DNA of 64,000 nt from positions 64,001 to 128,000 of the forward strand of contig JAEOSU010000032.1 in NCBI GenBank assembly GCA_016840165.1, written 5' to 3'. Made by a program: the position numbers and the translations under genes. The stretch is from Promethearchaeota archaeon (GTDB lineage: Archaea > Asgardarchaeota > Lokiarchaeia > Sigyniarchaeales > SOKP01). Shown piece by piece: positions 29,051 to 39,870 of the stretch (the first letter of the stretch is position 1; each line of letters begins with the position of its first letter). The notes beneath the pieces were generated by a model, which ran no database searches, was not told the origin of the DNA, and worked only from the letters and a program-made list of their open reading frames with translations.

Positions 29051-30310
29051 ATGCCAAGTTCAAAAGATTTTATTGATATGGATCATGAGTATTGTGCTCA
29101 TAATTATCATCCCATACCCGTTGTTATTAGTAAAGCTGAAGGGGTTTGGGTATATGATCCAGAAGGTAATAAATATTTAGACTGCTTATCAGCATACTCA
29201 AGTCAGAATACGGGACATTGTCATCCCGAAATTATTAATGCATTGAAAGAACAAGCTGATAAGGTCACACTTACATCTCGTGCATTTCATAATGATATGA
29301 TGGGCCCGTTTTTGAAAAAGCTCTGTGATATTGTTGGACCACATGTTAATGATCCAAATAATTCAGGAATCATGAGTATTCCAATGAATACGGGAACAGA
29401 AGCAGTAGAAACTGGATTAAAAGTCTGCCGTGCATGGGGATATATAAAGAAGAAAATTCCTAAAGACGAAGCAAAAATAATCATCTGTAGAAATAACTTT
29501 CATGGAAGAACGATAACTATAGTAGGTTTTAGTACAGATATTTCTGCAGTACGCTATTATGGAAATTTTGGTCCTTATACCCCTGGGTTCGTAATAATAC
29601 CCTATGGAGATGCTGATATCTTAGAAAATACTATTTTAGAATTGGGTCCTGAAAAAGTTGCGGGATTCTTATTCGAGCCTATTCAAGGAGAGGCGGGAGT
29701 AAATGTTCCTCCAGAAGGATATGTAAAAAAAATCCGAGAAATTTGTACCAAATATAATGTCTTAATGTTAGCTGACGAGATTCAAACTGGTTTTGGCAGA
29801 ACTGGTGAGTTATTTGCTTGCGATCATGAAAATGTGAAACCTGATATGTTACTTTTAGGCAAAGCTCTTGGTGGAGGTGTTTATCCTGTCTCGGCAATTG
29901 TGACAACTAAAGATATTGTTGGACCAGACGTAATCAAACCTGGAACACACGGATCCACTTTTGGGGGAAACCCACTTGCATCAGCAGTTGCTATGAAATC
30001 ACTTGATATTCATATTGATGATCACCTTGCCGAAAGAGCGAAAAGAAGAGGGGGATACTTCATTGAAGGGCTTAGAAAGATCGCATCGAAAAATACTATC
30101 CTCCCTATCAAAGAAATACGTGGTAAAGGATTATTAATGGCAATTGAATTTACAACAGATGCGAGGCATATTGTAGAGATGTTGAAAGATAAAGGAATTT
30201 TAGCTAAGGATACCCATTCCACCACTATACGTTTTGCTCCACCTTTAATAATTACAAAAGAACAAGTGGATTGGGCTCTACAAATTATTGAAGCAGTACT
30301 TGTAAAATAA
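29051..30310 (+). CDS. rocD: Ornithine--oxo-acid aminotransferase
   Basis: AHNYHPIPVV, DCLSAYS, LTSRAFHND, EPIQGEAG, DEIQTG, LGKALGGG, HGSTFGGNPL. Confidence 0.93.
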   Translation: MPSSKDFIDMDHEYCAHNYHPIPVVISKAEGVWVYDPEGNKYLDCLSAYSSQNTGHCHPEIINALKEQADKVTLTSRAFHNDMMGPFLKKLCDIVGPHVNDPNNSGIMSIPMNTGTEAVETGLKVCRAWGYIKKKIPKDEAKIIICRNNFHGRTITIVGFSTDISAVRYYGNFGPYTPGFVIIPYGDADILENTILELGPEKVAGFLFEPIQGEAGVNVPPEGYVKKIREICTKYNVLMLADEIQTGFGRTGELFACDHENVKPDMLLLGKALGGGVYPVSAIVTTKDIVGPDVIKPGTHGSTFGGNPLASAVAMKSLDIHIDDHLAERAKRRGGYFIEGLRKIASKNTILPIKEIRGKGLLMAIEFTTDARHIVEMLKDKGILAKDTHSTTIRFAPPLIITKEQVDWALQIIEAVLVK

Positions 30311-30382
30311 TAAAACTTCAATTTTTATTATAAAAAAAAAAGGAAAAATCGATTACCGATTTTTTTATTTTTAAGATCTAAA

Positions 30383-32914
30383 TTACATATAAAGATTTAA
30401 TACTGATTCAGCAACTTTCATAACATCCCAATAATTGTAAAGCATGGGTTTGTATGTCCAAGTTTCATATAAAGCAAGTTGATCGTATGCATGGTTATAT
30501 TCTCCTAAATAATTAAGAAATCCGCTTTGACCTGGTGGAATAACATTCACTGCATGAGGTAACGCGAAAAGGTTTCTCCAATCATAATAGTTCCATACAA
30601 TCATTTCTGCTATTTGATTGTAAGTACCACGGTTCATATAATGCATTACCGGCCTAGGTAGGGCTCCAATTTGGTCAGGAATCCATTTAATGACAGGAGT
30701 AAGCCAGGTAGACATATCTGGCCCAAGATTTTCCGTTAAATTACCAATAGTCCATTTGAGCACTCGGCAAATGACCTCATCTCGGTCTTCTCCATTAAGA
30801 TAATCATAATTCAATGGTAACTTAGAAGCTGAGCCGTCAAAGACGTGAATTATCGTACTTGGCCACACTCTTGCATATTCTCGGTGTATAGGTCCAACTT
30901 CAGCATATGTCGGAAGATCATCTTCAAACACTTCTTCAAATATTCTATCGTACCAATCGTCAAAGATTGTTAAACCTGTGTCGTCATAAGTAGCATCGAC
31001 AGCAGGCCACATAGGATCTATATAGTCATTATAATGGTGATCCCAAGCCTCCAAATAGTCAATTACTTCACTTGGAATAGTTGGATCTGTTTTAGCGGCA
31101 TCCACTACGAAATCTAAGAGATTCATTCCGGGAATGTGATTATATCCGGCGTCTCTGACAATTCTATTCATATCTTCGAAAGTAATATCATTATCTGCAG
31201 CTAAAAGTTCCATTATTATTCCAACTCGATGACCTTGACCCCAACCAGCATCAGATTCTCCAAAAGGCCAATTTGTAACAGGCTTATTATTCCAATTAGC
31301 AAGATAACCCTGTGAAGGATTGTAGCATTTTGGCATTTCTTTAACGCCAGTAACACCAAGCCACTCTTCTTCTCCAGTACCCCATAATGGTAACCTGTCA
31401 TCAATCATTCTACCATTCTTTCCAGTAGTAGGTTTTATTGGCCATTTACCTGAATGAAAATATGCAATATTTCCGTCCCTATCAATCCAATAGAAATTAT
31501 GGGCAGCATGTACTTTTCCAGCTGCAACATACATGTCCCATGCATCTGTACTTTGTTGGAAAAGAGACCATCCTTCTTCAGCTGCAAGTTCATCCTTGTA
31601 ATAAGGAGTTTTCATCGTAAAACAAAGATTGTTATCAAGATCCCATCCAATTATCGGGCCATGAATAGTTCGATAAATATCTCTATCTTCATAGGTTAAT
31701 TTTAAAGGACCATAAAATCTTTCTGTTCTTTTTTCCATGTCAACCCATTCACCATTATACCTATATTGATATTGATTATCTGGATTGAGAACCTCTATGT
31801 AGGTATCCATGTTATCTGAGACTCCAGTAGTTGAGGTCCATGCGCCCCATTTACTTACACCAATTAGAATACTTGGAGCATGAGGCATCATCATCCCAAC
31901 AGCATCGATTCCTGCACCATGTAAACCAACTTCAAGAACAATCTGGGGGATAGATTGACCCATTTGTGGACCACCTTGTAGAAGAGGATTTCCATTTGTG
32001 GCTTTAAATGGACTTACCATAAACGCATTACTACCAAATTTAGTAGGTAAACCCAACGATTCAAACAAATGAGTCTGTCCCATCTTCATTTCTTCATACT
32101 CACTAGATACTGTTCCTAAGCTTGGAAGATCAGAGCCACAAACAAAATCCATCGAATAAGAACTAGAAAATTCAGGCCAACTGTCGTATTCAGGAGGAAT
32201 AGTCACTTCTGCTCCAGGATCATTCTGTGGGAAATGATCATTGAACATTGCCCATCCAAATTCATCTCCATACTTATCTTGTAAAGCTTCTAGGGCAGCA
32301 GCATATGAGAGTTCGTCACCCCCACAACCACCGAATCTCCAAGCCATCATTACCACTATTGCAACACAATCTTCAATCGTAAAAGGCTCAAGAGGTAGCC
32401 CAAATGCTAGATATTCGACTGGCATCATAGAGGGATCCCCTGAAGCAAGTTTCGTTAACGCTTGTGAGATGTAAAGATTTATACCATCAACATATGCAAG
32501 CATCATTTCTTTTAGTTTTGCACTGGCTCTATGAGGTACCCAATTATCAAAAATTTCCCTTAATTCTTCTTTACTATACGCCATACTTCTAATATTATAA
32601 TCAACATCTATGCTAGCAAGGCCAAATTCAGCAAGACTTCCATATCCTTGCCTGCGATATAAATCTGCTTGCCATAACCTATCCTGAGCCATCGCATACC
32701 CACATCCATAGGCTAAACCCTCTTTGGTTCCTGCGTAAATATGTGGAACACCATAATTATCTCGGACAATAGTGATTTTATTACCGTAAAACCAAAAACT
32801 ACTCTCAGCTTCATTATTACTAGAGTCAATACTAAATGGAATCGTTATAACTGCAGGGAGTGTGGTTATTAAAAATACTAGTGATATTAACACTACCAAT
32901 AGTTTTTTCTTCAT
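30383..32914 (-). CDS. Secreted penicillin acylase / Ntn-hydrolase family amidase
   Basis: Signal peptide; RDNYGVPHIYA, AQDRLWQ, G-SNAF cleavage nucleophile, NWNNKP, PPGQSG. Confidence 0.92.
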   Translation of the reverse strand: MKKKLLVVLISLVFLITTLPAVITIPFSIDSSNNEAESSFWFYGNKITIVRDNYGVPHIYAGTKEGLAYGCGYAMAQDRLWQADLYRRQGYGSLAEFGLASIDVDYNIRSMAYSKEELREIFDNWVPHRASAKLKEMMLAYVDGINLYISQALTKLASGDPSMMPVEYLAFGLPLEPFTIEDCVAIVVMMAWRFGGCGGDELSYAAALEALQDKYGDEFGWAMFNDHFPQNDPGAEVTIPPEYDSWPEFSSSYSMDFVCGSDLPSLGTVSSEYEEMKMGQTHLFESLGLPTKFGSNAFMVSPFKATNGNPLLQGGPQMGQSIPQIVLEVGLHGAGIDAVGMMMPHAPSILIGVSKWGAWTSTTGVSDNMDTYIEVLNPDNQYQYRYNGEWVDMEKRTERFYGPLKLTYEDRDIYRTIHGPIIGWDLDNNLCFTMKTPYYKDELAAEEGWSLFQQSTDAWDMYVAAGKVHAAHNFYWIDRDGNIAYFHSGKWPIKPTTGKNGRMIDDRLPLWGTGEEEWLGVTGVKEMPKCYNPSQGYLANWNNKPVTNWPFGESDAGWGQGHRVGIIMELLAADNDITFEDMNRIVRDAGYNHIPGMNLLDFVVDAAKTDPTIPSEVIDYLEAWDHHYNDYIDPMWPAVDATYDDTGLTIFDDWYDRIFEEVFEDDLPTYAEVGPIHREYARVWPSTIIHVFDGSASKLPLNYDYLNGEDRDEVICRVLKWTIGNLTENLGPDMSTWLTPVIKWIPDQIGALPRPVMHYMNRGTYNQIAEMIVWNYYDWRNLFALPHAVNVIPPGQSGFLNYLGEYNHAYDQLALYETWTYKPMLYNYWDVMKVAESVLNLYM

Positions 32915-33153
32915 TATTTTTCTCCATTTTTTTGTTACTTTTTTTAGTTAGATTTCATAAACAATTTTGTAAAACCAATATTTAAGTCTTATTATTATAG
33001 GTTTTGTGGAAAAAAAGGTGAAGTTTACTTAGGTTTTATCACACTAAATTAACTTTTTGATCATTTTCGTTAAAATTTTACTTCAAAAAATAAAAAAAAT
33101 AAAAAAAAAATTAAGTCGCTTTCTTGATCTCAAATTTACATTCAAAATATATT

Positions 33154-34065
33154 CTATTTAACATAGAAGTGGGTTCCTGCTTTCTCTTCTAAAGCATCCT
33201 TAATTTTTTCAATAGAAGTTATAATAGCTCTTTTCCCTCCCTTTTCTAAGAAGTTAATTACAGCTTCCACTTTAGGTCCCATACTTCCTGGTGGGAAATG
33301 TCCTTCATTTAAATATTTTTTAGCTTCAGATATAGAAACTCTTTCTAAAAATCTCTGATTTGGCTTTCCATAATGAAGTGCAACCTTTTCTACATCTGTT
33401 GCGATTAATAAAATATCTGCTCCAACTTGCTCCCCTAACTTTGAACTCGCAAGATCTTTATCAATAACTGCTTCTACACCAGATAAGCGTTTTCCTTCTT
33501 TTATAACTGGTATACCCCCTCCACCACAAGCAATAACAATCCATCCTCCTAGCTCCATCAACCGCTTTATTTCTCGCCATTGATAAATTTTTTTTGGTTT
33601 TGGAGAGGGAACAACTCTACGCCATCCTTTCGCTGTTTGAACATATCCTGGTTTAGGCTCATCATATGCAGGTCCTATAGGTTTTGTTGGATTATGGAAC
33701 GCGGGATCTTGAGGATCAACTTTCACATAGGTGAGAACAGTAATAAAAAGTCTTTCTTCATCTAATCCTATTCTCATTAACTCTTCATCTAGCGTTGACT
33801 CAATCATGTATCCAATTTGACCTTGAGTTTCTGCAACCAAAACTTGTAATGGTCTTTTAGAAACCTCAGAAGTAGCCTCTTGTTGCATTAAAAGCATCCC
33901 AACTTGAGGCCCATTCCCATGTGTAATAATAAGTGAGAAATCTTTAGAAAGCTCCGCTAATTGACTAATTGGGACTCTTAGATTCCTGAATTGCTCTTCT
34001 GTAGTACCTTCTTCTCCAAATCTAATTAATGCATTTCCACCTAGCGCAACAATTAAGATCGTCAT
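33154..34065 (-). CDS. arcC: Carbamate kinase
   Basis: ALGGNAL, THGNGPQVG, PTKPIG, RRVVPSP, AVIDKD, GSMGPKV. Confidence 0.95.
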   Translation of the reverse strand: MTILIVALGGNALIRFGEEGTTEEQFRNLRVPISQLAELSKDFSLIITHGNGPQVGMLLMQQEATSEVSKRPLQVLVAETQGQIGYMIESTLDEELMRIGLDEERLFITVLTYVKVDPQDPAFHNPTKPIGPAYDEPKPGYVQTAKGWRRVVPSPKPKKIYQWREIKRLMELGGWIVIACGGGGIPVIKEGKRLSGVEAVIDKDLASSKLGEQVGADILLIATDVEKVALHYGKPNQRFLERVSISEAKKYLNEGHFPPGSMGPKVEAVINFLEKGGKRAIITSIEKIKDALEEKAGTHFYVK

Positions 34066-34188
34066 TCAATTAGTCCTTTATGTTTCAAAATGATTATGCG
34101 TTAAAATAAAAAATAATAATATTTTACTTATTATTTAAAATTTTTCTCTAAACTCAATTCTTTTTGCTTAATCAGTATAATTTTGCTA

Positions 34189-35691
34189 CTATTTTGTGGT
34201 TGGTTCTTTTACTACCAAGCTAGAAGCAATATTTTTAAAATTTTCGGCTATTTCTTCATAATCAGCATCATATTCAAACCACCAGAGGTCCTTTTCCTTA
34301 TATTGATCGATATTGATATGTAATGGGCGTGTCGCTTCAATAAATCCAAATTTACCATGAGTTCTACCAATACCCGAATTTTTAACTCCGCCCCAAGGAG
34401 TTGCAGCAAGCGCAAAGGTATATACAACCTCATTTATCATTACTGTACCCGTTTCTAATTCTTTAGCAATTTTTTTACCAAATTCAATATTATTTGTCCA
34501 CACACTTGACACTAATCCATATTGATTATCATTTACCATTTCAATGACATTATCTTTGCTTTTAAATTTTAGAACAACAAGTACAGGACCAAAAATTTCT
34601 TCTTGAACAATGTGCATATTGGTGTCCTGTGCTTCTATTATCGTTGGCTCGTAAAAATATCCCTTCAAATTAGGATTTCTTCTCCCCCCGATTAAAACCT
34701 TGCCTCCTTCTTTAATTCCTACTTGAACCATTTTATCTACCCAGTTTAGTTGTTCTTCATTGATCATCGCACCTACATCTACGTTAGACTTTGTCGGGAT
34801 ATCTTGCTTTAATTTGCTAGTTAAATTTACGAGATTTTCAAGAAAATCATCGTAGATATCCTCATGAAGAAAGAGTCTCTTAACCGCAGCACATACTTGT
34901 CCGGAGTTCGTAAAAGCGCCCCAACGAGCAGCTAATACAGTGCGCTCAAGATTTGCATCGGGAAATACAACCATCGCTGCCTTTCCTCCGAGTTCAAGAG
35001 CAACCTCAGTAAGCGTATCCGCTCCTCGTTGCATTATTTTTTTTCCAGTTGCGGTGCTTCCAGTAAATATAATTTTATCTGCATTATCTATTAAAGGATT
35101 ACCAATCTTTGAACCATTTCCATATACAGTTTGTACTAATCCTTTTGGTAAATCAATCGCATTAAATATTTCTTGGATTTTTTCACCTACAAGCGCGGTT
35201 TCTGATGAAGGTTTAAATACGACACTATTCCCTGCCATCAGACTCTGAACTATCTGTTGGAAAGGTATTGTAAAAGGATAATTATAAGGTCCAATCACAC
35301 ATATTACTCCAATTGGTTTCCTTAAAATAAGGCTTCGTTTATCTAACGATTCATAGAATCCTAAAGAAATTTCCTCCTCTGATCCTAAGAAGTCAACTAC
35401 ATTAGTATAATAGTAAAATGTGGAATCTACCACACCATAAACTTCATTAACGAATGCTTCTGAGGGAGGCTTGCCTACCTCTTTAGAAATCAATAACGCA
35501 ATTTCATCAAATTGTTTAGAAATTACTTCATTAACCTTCACTACGCGTTTTGCCCTTTCTTCCAGTGGAACTTTCGCCCAATTCTTTTGAGCCACTCGAG
35601 CATCTTTAAAAATCTGATCCAGCTTTTCTATTGGAGTTTCTTCCACTTCTCCGATTAACTCAAGAGTTGCTGGATTTATACTTTTAATCAT
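34189..35691 (-). CDS. NAD(P)-dependent aldehyde dehydrogenase
   Basis: FTGST, LELGGK, GQVCAA, EEIFGP. Confidence 0.93.
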   Translation of the reverse strand: MIKSINPATLELIGEVEETPIEKLDQIFKDARVAQKNWAKVPLEERAKRVVKVNEVISKQFDEIALLISKEVGKPPSEAFVNEVYGVVDSTFYYYTNVVDFLGSEEEISLGFYESLDKRSLILRKPIGVICVIGPYNYPFTIPFQQIVQSLMAGNSVVFKPSSETALVGEKIQEIFNAIDLPKGLVQTVYGNGSKIGNPLIDNADKIIFTGSTATGKKIMQRGADTLTEVALELGGKAAMVVFPDANLERTVLAARWGAFTNSGQVCAAVKRLFLHEDIYDDFLENLVNLTSKLKQDIPTKSNVDVGAMINEEQLNWVDKMVQVGIKEGGKVLIGGRRNPNLKGYFYEPTIIEAQDTNMHIVQEEIFGPVLVVLKFKSKDNVIEMVNDNQYGLVSSVWTNNIEFGKKIAKELETGTVMINEVVYTFALAATPWGGVKNSGIGRTHGKFGFIEATRPLHINIDQYKEKDLWWFEYDADYEEIAENFKNIASSLVVKEPTTK

Positions 35692-35814
35692 TATAATTTA
35701 AACACGACTAAAATGTTATTTAAACATTTTTTACATGTTTTATAATTGGGTTTTAACTTAGATGAGATAACCCTTAAGTTTATGATTAAAAAAATTATAA
35801 TTAATAAGTAGAAT

Positions 35815-36747
35815 TCAAAACTTTCCCCGTAAAAACAACATGATTGCTTTTTGGATGTGTAAACGGTTTTCCGCTTGGTCAAAGACTATTGATTGGGGTC
35901 CATCAATTACTTCTGCTGTTTGTTCAAACCCTCGCATTGCGGGTAAACAGTTCATGAAAATTGCATCCGTGTTTGCTGCCTCCATAACTGAGGAAGTAAC
36001 TTGATATGGCATAAATGCTTTTTTCCGCGCGTCTTCTTGTTCCTTGGGAATGCCATAGCTCATCCAACTGTCTGTATATATAATATCCGCTCCCTTTGCA
36101 GCATCTAGTGTATCATGTATAACTTCTACTTCAGCATCGGTTTTTTTTGATAGCTCTGCAACCTCACTTAGCACTTCTAGTTCTGGCGTATATTCTGGAG
36201 CCTCAGGGCAAGCTACATATATTTTCCACCCAAATAAGGCGCACATTCGCATTAAATCATAAGTGACATTATTATGAGCATCACCGAAATATGCCAATTT
36301 TTTTCGTTCGAGATTTCCTTTCTTTTCCTTAATCGTTTGGAAATCTCCTAAAATTTGACAGGGATGGGCGTAATCATCTAGCATATTAATTACTGGTACA
36401 CTTGAATATTTGGCAAGATCCCAAATATCTTGCCGCTTATATACCCGAGCTGCAATAATATTTACGAACCGTGAAGCAACTTTTGCGGTGTCTGAAATAT
36501 TCTCTTTTACTCCTAAAGGTGAATCTTTAATTGAGTAAAAGATGGCATGACCTCCTAATTGTTGCATACCTGTTTCAAATGAAATGCGTGTTCGAAGGGA
36601 AGGCTTTTCAAAAAGCATAAGAAGGGTTTCATGCTTAAGTGATTTATAATATTTCCCTGGATATTTTTTTATCTCCATTGCTTTGTTTATAATAAGTTCG
36701 CATTCCGCTCTTGAAAGATCTGAAATCTTATGTAAATGTCTAACCAT
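35815..36747 (-). CDS. arcB: Ornithine carbamoyltransferase (probably catabolic)
   Basis: KPSLRTR, HPCQ, DSWMSYG, NCLP, QAENRLH. Confidence 0.9.
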   Translation of the reverse strand: MVRHLHKISDLSRAECELIINKAMEIKKYPGKYYKSLKHETLLMLFEKPSLRTRISFETGMQQLGGHAIFYSIKDSPLGVKENISDTAKVASRFVNIIAARVYKRQDIWDLAKYSSVPVINMLDDYAHPCQILGDFQTIKEKKGNLERKKLAYFGDAHNNVTYDLMRMCALFGWKIYVACPEAPEYTPELEVLSEVAELSKKTDAEVEVIHDTLDAAKGADIIYTDSWMSYGIPKEQEDARKKAFMPYQVTSSVMEAANTDAIFMNCLPAMRGFEQTAEVIDGPQSIVFDQAENRLHIQKAIMLFLRGKF

Positions 36748-36855
36748 ATTTTATCAATTTTTTATTATTTCTAATTACTATAAAATAGAAGATCCCTTAA
36801 AATTTACTCTGAAACTTCTAGTTTAGGTCATATAATATACAAAAGAAAGTTTCTA

Positions 36856-38610
36856 TTATGACTTATTTGGATTCATATTTGATTTTTCATAATCTTCTAA
36901 TTTTTCATTCTTAAGCTGCCTTAAACTATCGAAGTCATAGGTTTCCTCGAAAAATAAATCAAACGGATCTTTAATATCTTCTAGTATTGGCTTAGAATAA
37001 AAATTTTCATACAAAAACGAGCCTTTATCAGTTATATCTATATTGTCTTCTCTGTCTAGTGTTAAAATTCCATTAGCAATCATATCTTGGACAACAGCGC
37101 TGATCCCACGCTCTTTATAAATATAAAGACCAAAATAAGAAAAGCTTGTATAAACTTCTTCGCTTTTCCTTAAAGAATCCTGAAACCTTTCGTTTAATTC
37201 ATTTACAGTAATTTTTGTTGTTAAATTATCATAATAAACTAATAAGATCCATTTAATTATGTATTCTTTAATATTTTCTTCATATGACATTTGAAACTTT
37301 TCAAATTCAAGTTCTTCACCTTGTCCTTTTATAAATTCAACGAATATTTCAATCACTTCTCTGAATATGAAGTAACTGATGATTATTGCAATGATTGGGT
37401 CAAAATAATACATAAATGGTATTCCCTGGGATCTACCAAATTCAGAGAGTAATGCTCCCAATATTATACCTATAGAAAGCAAAATATTAACCCTAGAATC
37501 AATTGCACTAGCAACTAACGAAGAATTTCTATTCTTTTTTCCAACGAAATTTTTCAACACCCGTAAATAAGTGTTCAAAAATATAGATACAATGGAAATG
37601 ATTATTGCTATATATGGGACTTCAATCGGTTCGGGCCCAGTGATTAATGAAATTATTGACTCATAAATGATTGATGAACCCGCAAAAATCATTAATAATA
37701 TTAGAAGAATATTCACAAGCTTTTCTTTTTTAAATCGAATTCCCAAACCTATTAATATTACGGCTAAACAATCGAGGAAGTTCTCGATCCCTTCTGCTCT
37801 TAGTGATTCTGAACTAAATGTACCAATTGATATCTTGAGTATACTAAGTAGAAATAATCCAATGAAAGATCTGATTAAAACTCCCTTGCTATTTAAAACT
37901 GCGAGATATTTCTTAATTTGAGAATTTAGAGTATCTTTCCATAATTTATATTGCTCTCTACCCTCCTTGCTTAAGTTGACTATAAATTTTTCATCTATAT
38001 CCGCCATTCTAATACCACATAATTGATATATTGAAGATGCGGAAGTTTCTTCATTAAAATAGATTTCTGGTATGAAAACATTAGTAATTCCCCTAATTCG
38101 ATTTTTTAAACGGATGAATTTCATATTCCCCTCTTTATATAAGTAATGTAAAGCGGCATATTCAACTCTATTAATAGGAAATAAACTTGATTTTCTTCTA
38201 TGAAAAGAGACTGCGATGATTCTAATCAAGTGATTAATTGATATAAGCGTGAGAACTATAATTCCTAATAAAAAAATAAAATTAGTTATAGGACCAAAAC
38301 CAATATAACTATTGTATCTTAGGTAATAAAAAAGGAAATAAATTTGTACATAGAGAAAGATTATTCCAAATAATATCCAAGGAATTAATAAATTTCTAAC
38401 AACTTTCTTAATGTGGAATTGCTTGAAAAAATTATTAATTGCTCTTCTTAAAAACGGGGCAATGAAAAAAACACCAACATAAGTAAATATAAAGCTAAAC
38501 TGAAATGTACCAGTCAGTATTATTTCTATGATCGATGAAATTAAAGAAATTAAAAAATAAGAAACTAATACTATTTTATAGTTAAATTTCCATACCCTAT
38601 TGAGTTTCAT
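36856..38610 (-). CDS. Multi-domain membrane protein containing a cation-diffusion-facilitator-like domain
   Basis: N-terminal 4 TM, soluble linker, SESLRAEGIENFLD and SSLVASAIDSR CDF-like helices, YFDPIIA, soluble C-terminus. Confidence 0.7.
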   Translation of the reverse strand: MKLNRVWKFNYKIVLVSYFLISLISSIIEIILTGTFQFSFIFTYVGVFFIAPFLRRAINNFFKQFHIKKVVRNLLIPWILFGIIFLYVQIYFLFYYLRYNSYIGFGPITNFIFLLGIIVLTLISINHLIRIIAVSFHRRKSSLFPINRVEYAALHYLYKEGNMKFIRLKNRIRGITNVFIPEIYFNEETSASSIYQLCGIRMADIDEKFIVNLSKEGREQYKLWKDTLNSQIKKYLAVLNSKGVLIRSFIGLFLLSILKISIGTFSSESLRAEGIENFLDCLAVILIGLGIRFKKEKLVNILLILLMIFAGSSIIYESIISLITGPEPIEVPYIAIIISIVSIFLNTYLRVLKNFVGKKNRNSSLVASAIDSRVNILLSIGIILGALLSEFGRSQGIPFMYYFDPIIAIIISYFIFREVIEIFVEFIKGQGEELEFEKFQMSYEENIKEYIIKWILLVYYDNLTTKITVNELNERFQDSLRKSEEVYTSFSYFGLYIYKERGISAVVQDMIANGILTLDREDNIDITDKGSFLYENFYSKPILEDIKDPFDLFFEETYDFDSLRQLKNEKLEDYEKSNMNPNKS

Positions 38611-38704
38611 AAGTCATTCATTATTTTGGATTTGCTAATTAAAAATTAATTAAGAGATTCTTAAAAATTATTTCAAATACTTTAAAATTGTAAACTTTTG
38701 CTGT

Positions 38705-39868
38705 TTACTTCAAAACTTCCTCTCGAGAATAATCTCGATTAAATGAAAGATCTTCTAAAATCTCTTTATCTTGAGTTCTTAATTTTTCCCTTACAAGACG
38801 ACTAAGCAACTCTCCCACTGCTGGACCAAGCATGAAACCCTGACCACACATCCCGACTGCGAGAAGAAAGCCTTTTATATTATCTATTTCACCAAGAATA
38901 GGATTTCCATCAGGAGTCATTGGGTATAATCCTCTCCACGTCCTTCTTACTTTTATATTTTTTAATCGTGGAATCAAGTTGATCATTCTCTTAGTTATTT
39001 GTGGTAAGAATGAACTAGTTTCTCTTCTGTCTACTCCTATAATACTAGGTTCAGGGGTAAGACAGAAAATGATTTTTCCTTCATTGTTTTGATAAAAGTA
39101 GTAGTTTTTAGAATTTCCAAATTTAGGATCTTGTGCCGGGCGTATATCTACTATCATTGGATTAAAAAATTTTTTAACTGGTTCTGTTATTCCAGCTTCA
39201 TGAGATTCTGATTGCACATCAACATCTAAATCAACCATTTTTGCTATTGACCTAGCATTTGCACCTGCAGCGTTAATAACAAATCGACTACTATAGGTTG
39301 CTTTATTTGTTTTTACTCCAACTATCTGATTATTTTTTGTTAGGATATCAATTACGGTCTCATTAAATTTATACTCTGCCCCATGTTCCCTCGATTTGCG
39401 ATAAAAGGCGTGTAAAGCTAACAATGGAGAGGCATTTCCATCTTCAGGACTATAGGTTCCGCCCAGTAATCCATTAGAATTTATACCAGGAATAATTTCT
39501 TCGATCTTTTCTGAATTTACATAATTGATGTTTAAACCATAAGTTTTTTGAGCTTGGACAGTCCTTTTTAGTACATCTTCATCTTTTTTTGTATATACGA
39601 CGAAACAATAGCCTCCTTGGCTCCACCAGATATCATCACCATGTTTTTCTTGCCAACTTGAAAAGATTTTTATAGAACGTTGACATATTTTAATTTTAGC
39701 TTTATGAGTATGTGTTGCCCGAATGCCGCCAATTGCATGTTTATTATCACCTTGCGATACAGAAGGAAAGGAATCAATCACTAATGTCTTTAATTCTCCT
39801 TGTGAGAGCGCTAAGGCAGTGGGTACACCTACACTACCTGCACCGATAATAATTGCGTCATACTCCAC
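38705..39868 (-). CDS. FAD-dependent oxidoreductase, proline dehydrogenase/sarcosine oxidase beta-like
   Basis: IIGAGSVG, VINAAG, YPMTPDGNPILG, GMCGQGFMLGP. Confidence 0.88.
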   Translation of the reverse strand: MEYDAIIIGAGSVGVPTALALSQGELKTLVIDSFPSVSQGDNKHAIGGIRATHTHKAKIKICQRSIKIFSSWQEKHGDDIWWSQGGYCFVVYTKKDEDVLKRTVQAQKTYGLNINYVNSEKIEEIIPGINSNGLLGGTYSPEDGNASPLLALHAFYRKSREHGAEYKFNETVIDILTKNNQIVGVKTNKATYSSRFVINAAGANARSIAKMVDLDVDVQSESHEAGITEPVKKFFNPMIVDIRPAQDPKFGNSKNYYFYQNNEGKIIFCLTPEPSIIGVDRRETSSFLPQITKRMINLIPRLKNIKVRRTWRGLYPMTPDGNPILGEIDNIKGFLLAVGMCGQGFMLGPAVGELLSRLVREKLRTQDKEILEDLSFNRDYSREEVLK

Positions 39869-39870
39869 TC

